Source of the DNA: a bacterium
Lineage (GTDB): Bacteria; Electryoneota; Electryoneia; Electryoneales; Electryoneaceae
Direction: 5' to 3'
DNA: 64,000 nt
Assembly: GCA_963669175.1 (NCBI GenBank)
Contig: OY769902.1
Span: 3,648,001-3,712,000, forward strand
Made by a program: the position numbers and the translations under genes. The notes under the pieces are model-generated. The model did no database searches, was not told where the DNA came from, and worked only from the letters and a program-made list of their open reading frames with translations. Of the stretch, positions 60,277-64,000 are shown piece after piece; within the stretch, counting starts at the first letter, position 1; each line of letters starts with the position of its first letter.

Positions 60277-60817
60277 CAATAATTATCCCCATCATCATCC
60301 TGGAAACGCTGGTGTTTAGCGTTGTCCGGGATATACTCCTCAGGACCAACCCGCCAATGTTGACTCAATGAAATCTGTCACTATTGCGCGTTATTTCTTA
60401 ATGGTGTCATTGCTGGTGCGTGCAGCTCAAGCCAGATCCAGCTATGATTGATGGGTGGATTCTATCTGTCTCGTCCTAAACCTTACCTCATCTCACAGTA
60501 CAACAGGAAAGCCTTTTACATCAACCAACCGGAGTGTTCGTCAGCAATTCGGGCCATGCCTTTCTACGAATTCCACCCCGGTTATCCTTTCATGTTTCCT
60601 CTCCGACTTCCTTCGTACACGTAGTAAATGTTCAATAGTGGACACTCTTCTTGCCTGTTCGCCTGTTTTATAGTATTTTAACGATGAGCCGGAGTACCGA
60701 AGGAGTAGACTGATGTCTGGTCTGGGTACCGGCTTTTTGTGTATCCGATACCTGCCGTATCTCCTTTAGACCTGCATCTATTCCAACTCCATGTTATATC
60801 TGCGTGAAGGAGGGAAC

Positions 60818-61489
60818 ATGCGTCTTGTGCAATCCGGACGGCGGCAGTGGCTTGTATTACCACTGATCCTGTTGTCCCTGTTGATCGCGACATCTGCCCA
60901 GGCGATCAACGTGCTGGTGATTTTACCCGCCAATTATGGCACCAACCTTTTCCTGAACTGGAATTACATGCAGGAACTCGGTTGGGATGTCACCCTGACC
61001 GGAACAGCAGACCCGGTCCCCCCCTGCACCTGGGCACGGGATCGTGTCATCGCAAGAACCTGTTCACTTGATGTGCTGATTGACGACATCGAGGATGTTA
61101 CTCAATACGACGCTATCATCGTATCCTTCGGTTCGAACCTGGCGGCAAATCCTTGCGGTGACCTTATCAACAGTGATGCAACGCTGAATCTGCTCTACGC
61201 GGCTGACCAGGCGGGAATCGTAATAGCCGGAATGTGCGGTGCGGTGCGTGTACTGGCAGCCGCTGATGTGATCGATGGCCATCATATCACCGGAAAAGAA
61301 TACTACCAAGATGAGTACGTCGCTGCCGGGGCGATCTATGACGGCCCGGAACTGGCGCCGATCATTGACGGAAACATCGTTACCTGCACTCGTGGCATGT
61401 ACTACTACATGCAGAATATTGACGCTGTGCAGGATGCGATTTACAGAAACCTTCCCATTGACCGGCAAACACAGGGAGGTCAACGATGA
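60818..61489 (+). CDS. DJ-1/PfpI-family protein with a signal peptide
   Basis: YDAII, IAGMCGAVRVLAAADVI, IDGNIVT; GGAGGG RBS before ATG 60818. Confidence 0.75.
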   Translation: MRLVQSGRRQWLVLPLILLSLLIATSAQAINVLVILPANYGTNLFLNWNYMQELGWDVTLTGTADPVPPCTWARDRVIARTCSLDVLIDDIEDVTQYDAIIVSFGSNLAANPCGDLINSDATLNLLYAADQAGIVIAGMCGAVRVLAAADVIDGHHITGKEYYQDEYVAAGAIYDGPELAPIIDGNIVTCTRGMYYYMQNIDAVQDAIYRNLPIDRQTQGGQR

Positions 61490-62949
61490 AAAAGACATTC
61501 CTGAGCTTGCTGTCACTTTTACTCATTGCAGTGGCTGGCTTTGCGCAGTCCGAAATCCTGTGGACCAACCTGTATGGCGGTGAGATGCATGATGAGGCAA
61601 ACGACCTCATCGTTACTCCTGACGGTGGTTATGCCATGATCGGTTTCTCCCAGGCAAATATCTTCCACTATCAGCTCGCGATTTACAAAACCGATTCGGA
61701 CGGCCAGGTAGAATGGAGCTATCTATATGGCGATATGTTCCGCAACCAGGGCAACTCCATCTGCAACGCTCACAACGGTGGCTTCGCCTTCACCGGGTAT
61801 TGCGAAGGGGAAACAATTGGTGATCGTGATTTGCTGTTTGGCACGGTAGACTCTGACGGCCTCAATCCGAACATCGTTACGTTCGGCAATGAATACACCA
61901 ATGTCGGTTACGGCATCTGCCCCACTGCTGACGGTAACTACCTGGTAACCGGTTGCACGGTGACCAACTGGGATTCATTACAGATTGATGTCTGGCTGCT
62001 GAAACTCTCTCCGGCAGGCGAAATCATTTGGGAACAGACCTATGGTGACGAACTGTGCGAATTCGGGATGACTGTCACTGAATTATCGGATGGTTCCATT
62101 GCGATTGGCGGTAACTACGGTACTGCGGGCACCCAGAACCAGAATGCCTGGCTGATCCGTACAGACAGCGATGGTACAATAACCGACAGTGATCAGTTCG
62201 GAACCAACGGCTATGACTGGCTGCACAACATGTATCCCCTTGATGACGGCGGCTTTATCATGGCCTGTGAAGCGGATATTCACGGCATCAATTTCATGAA
62301 TTCCTTCCTGGTTCGCTCTGATTCAAGCGGTATGCAATTGTGGAGCAGCAATCGTGGCGTCAACGCGTTTTACCAGTACGGTTACGATGTTTGTGTAACT
62401 CCCGATAGCGGCTATTTCGTGGTCGGCGGATCTCGCCTGTTTTCCACTTTCTGCAACGATATATACATCATGAAATATTCTTCACGGGGTTCCATGGAAT
62501 GGTCCCAGGTGATCGGCGGTGAGAACACTGAAGAATGGGCAACTGCGGTTTGCAGGCTGGAAGATGGAGGCGTGGTAATCGCAGGATACTCAAACGACGG
62601 CAGCAATGGCGGCCTGGACATGATGCTGATGCGGCTCAGTTCAGAAGGGATGATTGTCAAGGAAAACGACGATTCTTTTAGACCTGCGGGATTCGGTCTG
62701 ATGCAGAACTATCCGAATCCCTTCAATCCTTCCACCACGCTACGGTTCAGGCTGGAATCGCCAACGGAGATCACGCTCTCCGTATTTGACATCCAGGGAC
62801 GGCTGGTGCAGACCTATGCGCTGGGGACCATGCCCGCCGGACAGCATGGGATTCCGTTTGATGGCTGCACCCTTTCCAGCGGTACCTATTTCTGCAGAAT
62901 GGAAACACCGGAGATGGTACAGACGAAGAGGATGCTTCTTCTGAAATAA
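61486..62949 (+). CDS. Secreted beta-propeller repeat protein with a T9SS type A sorting domain
   Basis: Repeated W...YGG and DGGY units, QNYPNPFNP...LSSGTYF...MLLLK. Confidence 0.85.
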   Translation: MKKTFLSLLSLLLIAVAGFAQSEILWTNLYGGEMHDEANDLIVTPDGGYAMIGFSQANIFHYQLAIYKTDSDGQVEWSYLYGDMFRNQGNSICNAHNGGFAFTGYCEGETIGDRDLLFGTVDSDGLNPNIVTFGNEYTNVGYGICPTADGNYLVTGCTVTNWDSLQIDVWLLKLSPAGEIIWEQTYGDELCEFGMTVTELSDGSIAIGGNYGTAGTQNQNAWLIRTDSDGTITDSDQFGTNGYDWLHNMYPLDDGGFIMACEADIHGINFMNSFLVRSDSSGMQLWSSNRGVNAFYQYGYDVCVTPDSGYFVVGGSRLFSTFCNDIYIMKYSSRGSMEWSQVIGGENTEEWATAVCRLEDGGVVIAGYSNDGSNGGLDMMLMRLSSEGMIVKENDDSFRPAGFGLMQNYPNPFNPSTTLRFRLESPTEITLSVFDIQGRLVQTYALGTMPAGQHGIPFDGCTLSSGTYFCRMETPEMVQTKRMLLLK

Positions 62950-62967
62950 GTTGGAAGCGGTTTGAAC

Positions 62968-63015
62968 AATCCCGTAGTGGTTTCCTCCATGGAAATTGCA
63001 ACGGGATTTTTTATT
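62968..63015 (+). terminator. Probable rho-independent terminator
   Basis: AATCCCGT...ACGGGATT stem followed by a T-run. Confidence 0.65.
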
Positions 63016-63131
63016 GTGATTCCCTGACGAATATTTCATTCCCGACTTTACTTGTGCGCCGAGGCATATCGGGGATCTCGTTCCGATATTGTAAATACTA
63101 ATTCACAGCGACAATCATGTGCCTCCAGCGC

Positions 63132-63764
63132 TCATTCACAAGAACAACCTTTTCCTTCAAGCCTGCCAATCACATGATACCCGGCAGATGAGTCTTGTAT
63201 CACCGACACTTTATACCCTTGATTTTCCATCATCTCGCCGAGTTCAGCCGCCGGTGGCAGGATATCCGTAACAACTGACGGATCCACCCGTGAATGAATC
63301 TCGTTCACTTCTTCCCTGCTCAACAGATGCCATACATGCAGCACCCCGCCCGTTTTCAATACCCGGGCGAACTCTGCGAAACCGTCTTCCATCGGATCAA
63401 TATGCGGCATGGTGGAAAAGACCAGCACGACATCAAATGAGTCAGCTTCGTAGGGCAATTCTCGAGCATCAGCAACGTGAAACGATACTCGTTCATCTTG
63501 CAGATTCTGCCGTGCCTGTTCAACCATACCCGGCGAGAAGTCAATCGCCTCAACCATTGCGGTTGGTTCCAGTATTGGCATCAGTGCACGTGTCAACACG
63601 CCTGTCCCACACCCGATATCCAGGAAGCTTCCAGACAGCGGCAGCTCCCACTCCGTCAGTTGATCACGCAACCGGAGAATCATTTTCCCCGTATCCAGAC
63701 GCGCGTCCCACCCTTCCGCGATTCTGTTGAAATACGCGATACGTCCACGATCCAGCTCGTTCAT
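63132..63764 (-). CDS. Class I SAM-dependent methyltransferase
   Basis: FLDIGCGTG, IDFSPGM, ADARELPY, RVLKTGG. Confidence 0.9.
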   Translation of the reverse strand: MNELDRGRIAYFNRIAEGWDARLDTGKMILRLRDQLTEWELPLSGSFLDIGCGTGVLTRALMPILEPTAMVEAIDFSPGMVEQARQNLQDERVSFHVADARELPYEADSFDVVLVFSTMPHIDPMEDGFAEFARVLKTGGVLHVWHLLSREEVNEIHSRVDPSVVTDILPPAAELGEMMENQGYKVSVIQDSSAGYHVIGRLEGKGCSCE

Positions 63765-63910
63765 CCTTATCGCCTTAACTCTGTACTCTTACCAACACAA
63801 AATGTATCATCCCGAATATAGAAGAACCTCTGCCATGAATTGTATCTCGGAGGGCACAAAAAAAAGCCAGCCCAAACGGACCGGCGGAATTCTTCTCTTT
63901 GCAGCAATGA

Positions 63911-64000
63911 TCAGTCGCCGAAGGACATGGCCTGCTTTTCATCGTTCAGCTTGATCGCGGTGCCATAGACCTTGGTCTCAATCTTGACATACAGACCGAA
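63911..64000 (-). CDS. 3' end of a gene entering from the right edge
   Basis: Open frame FGLYVKIETKVYGTAIKLNDEKQAMSFGD-stop on the minus strand, followed by a terminator-like sequence near 63857-63890. Confidence 0.4.
   Translation of the reverse strand, partial: FGLYVKIETKVYGTAIKLNDEKQAMSFGD

Overview
A 64 kb chromosomal window from a diderm bacterium, probably of the FCB superphylum. This placement is inferred from five proteins with 'YPNPFN' T9SS/Por-type C-terminal sorting domains, TonB-dependent receptors and the pheS-pheT-zapB-zapA-6S RNA-rny block. Housekeeping content: amidohydrolase, biotin carboxylase and carrier, OPT transporter, pcm, exoD, alkA, pheST, rny, an rfbB-wzi-wzz-wzy-GT-priming GT polysaccharide locus, serS, trkAH, a two-component pair, and groES-groEL with two CIRCE boxes. 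Most notable signals: (1) a 1,788 bp element (45306-47093) with 21 bp terminal inverted repeats and a flanking TAA duplication, encoding only two paralogous DUF1670-like HTH proteins and no recognisable transposase; (2) an AT-rich HicA-HicB-SecB-like toxin-antitoxin-chaperone triplet after rny; (3) two unannotated, highly structured candidate sRNAs, each between a sigma-54-like promoter and a terminator-like hairpin; (4) two inverted copies of a four-unit GTAG REP-doublet element whose stems covary while the spacers are unrelated; (5) a CTAG-flanked MITE; (6) a consensus-spaced sigma-70 promoter inside pheT. No tRNA, rRNA or CRISPR array was seen. All family assignments come from motif recognition; no database searches were run.
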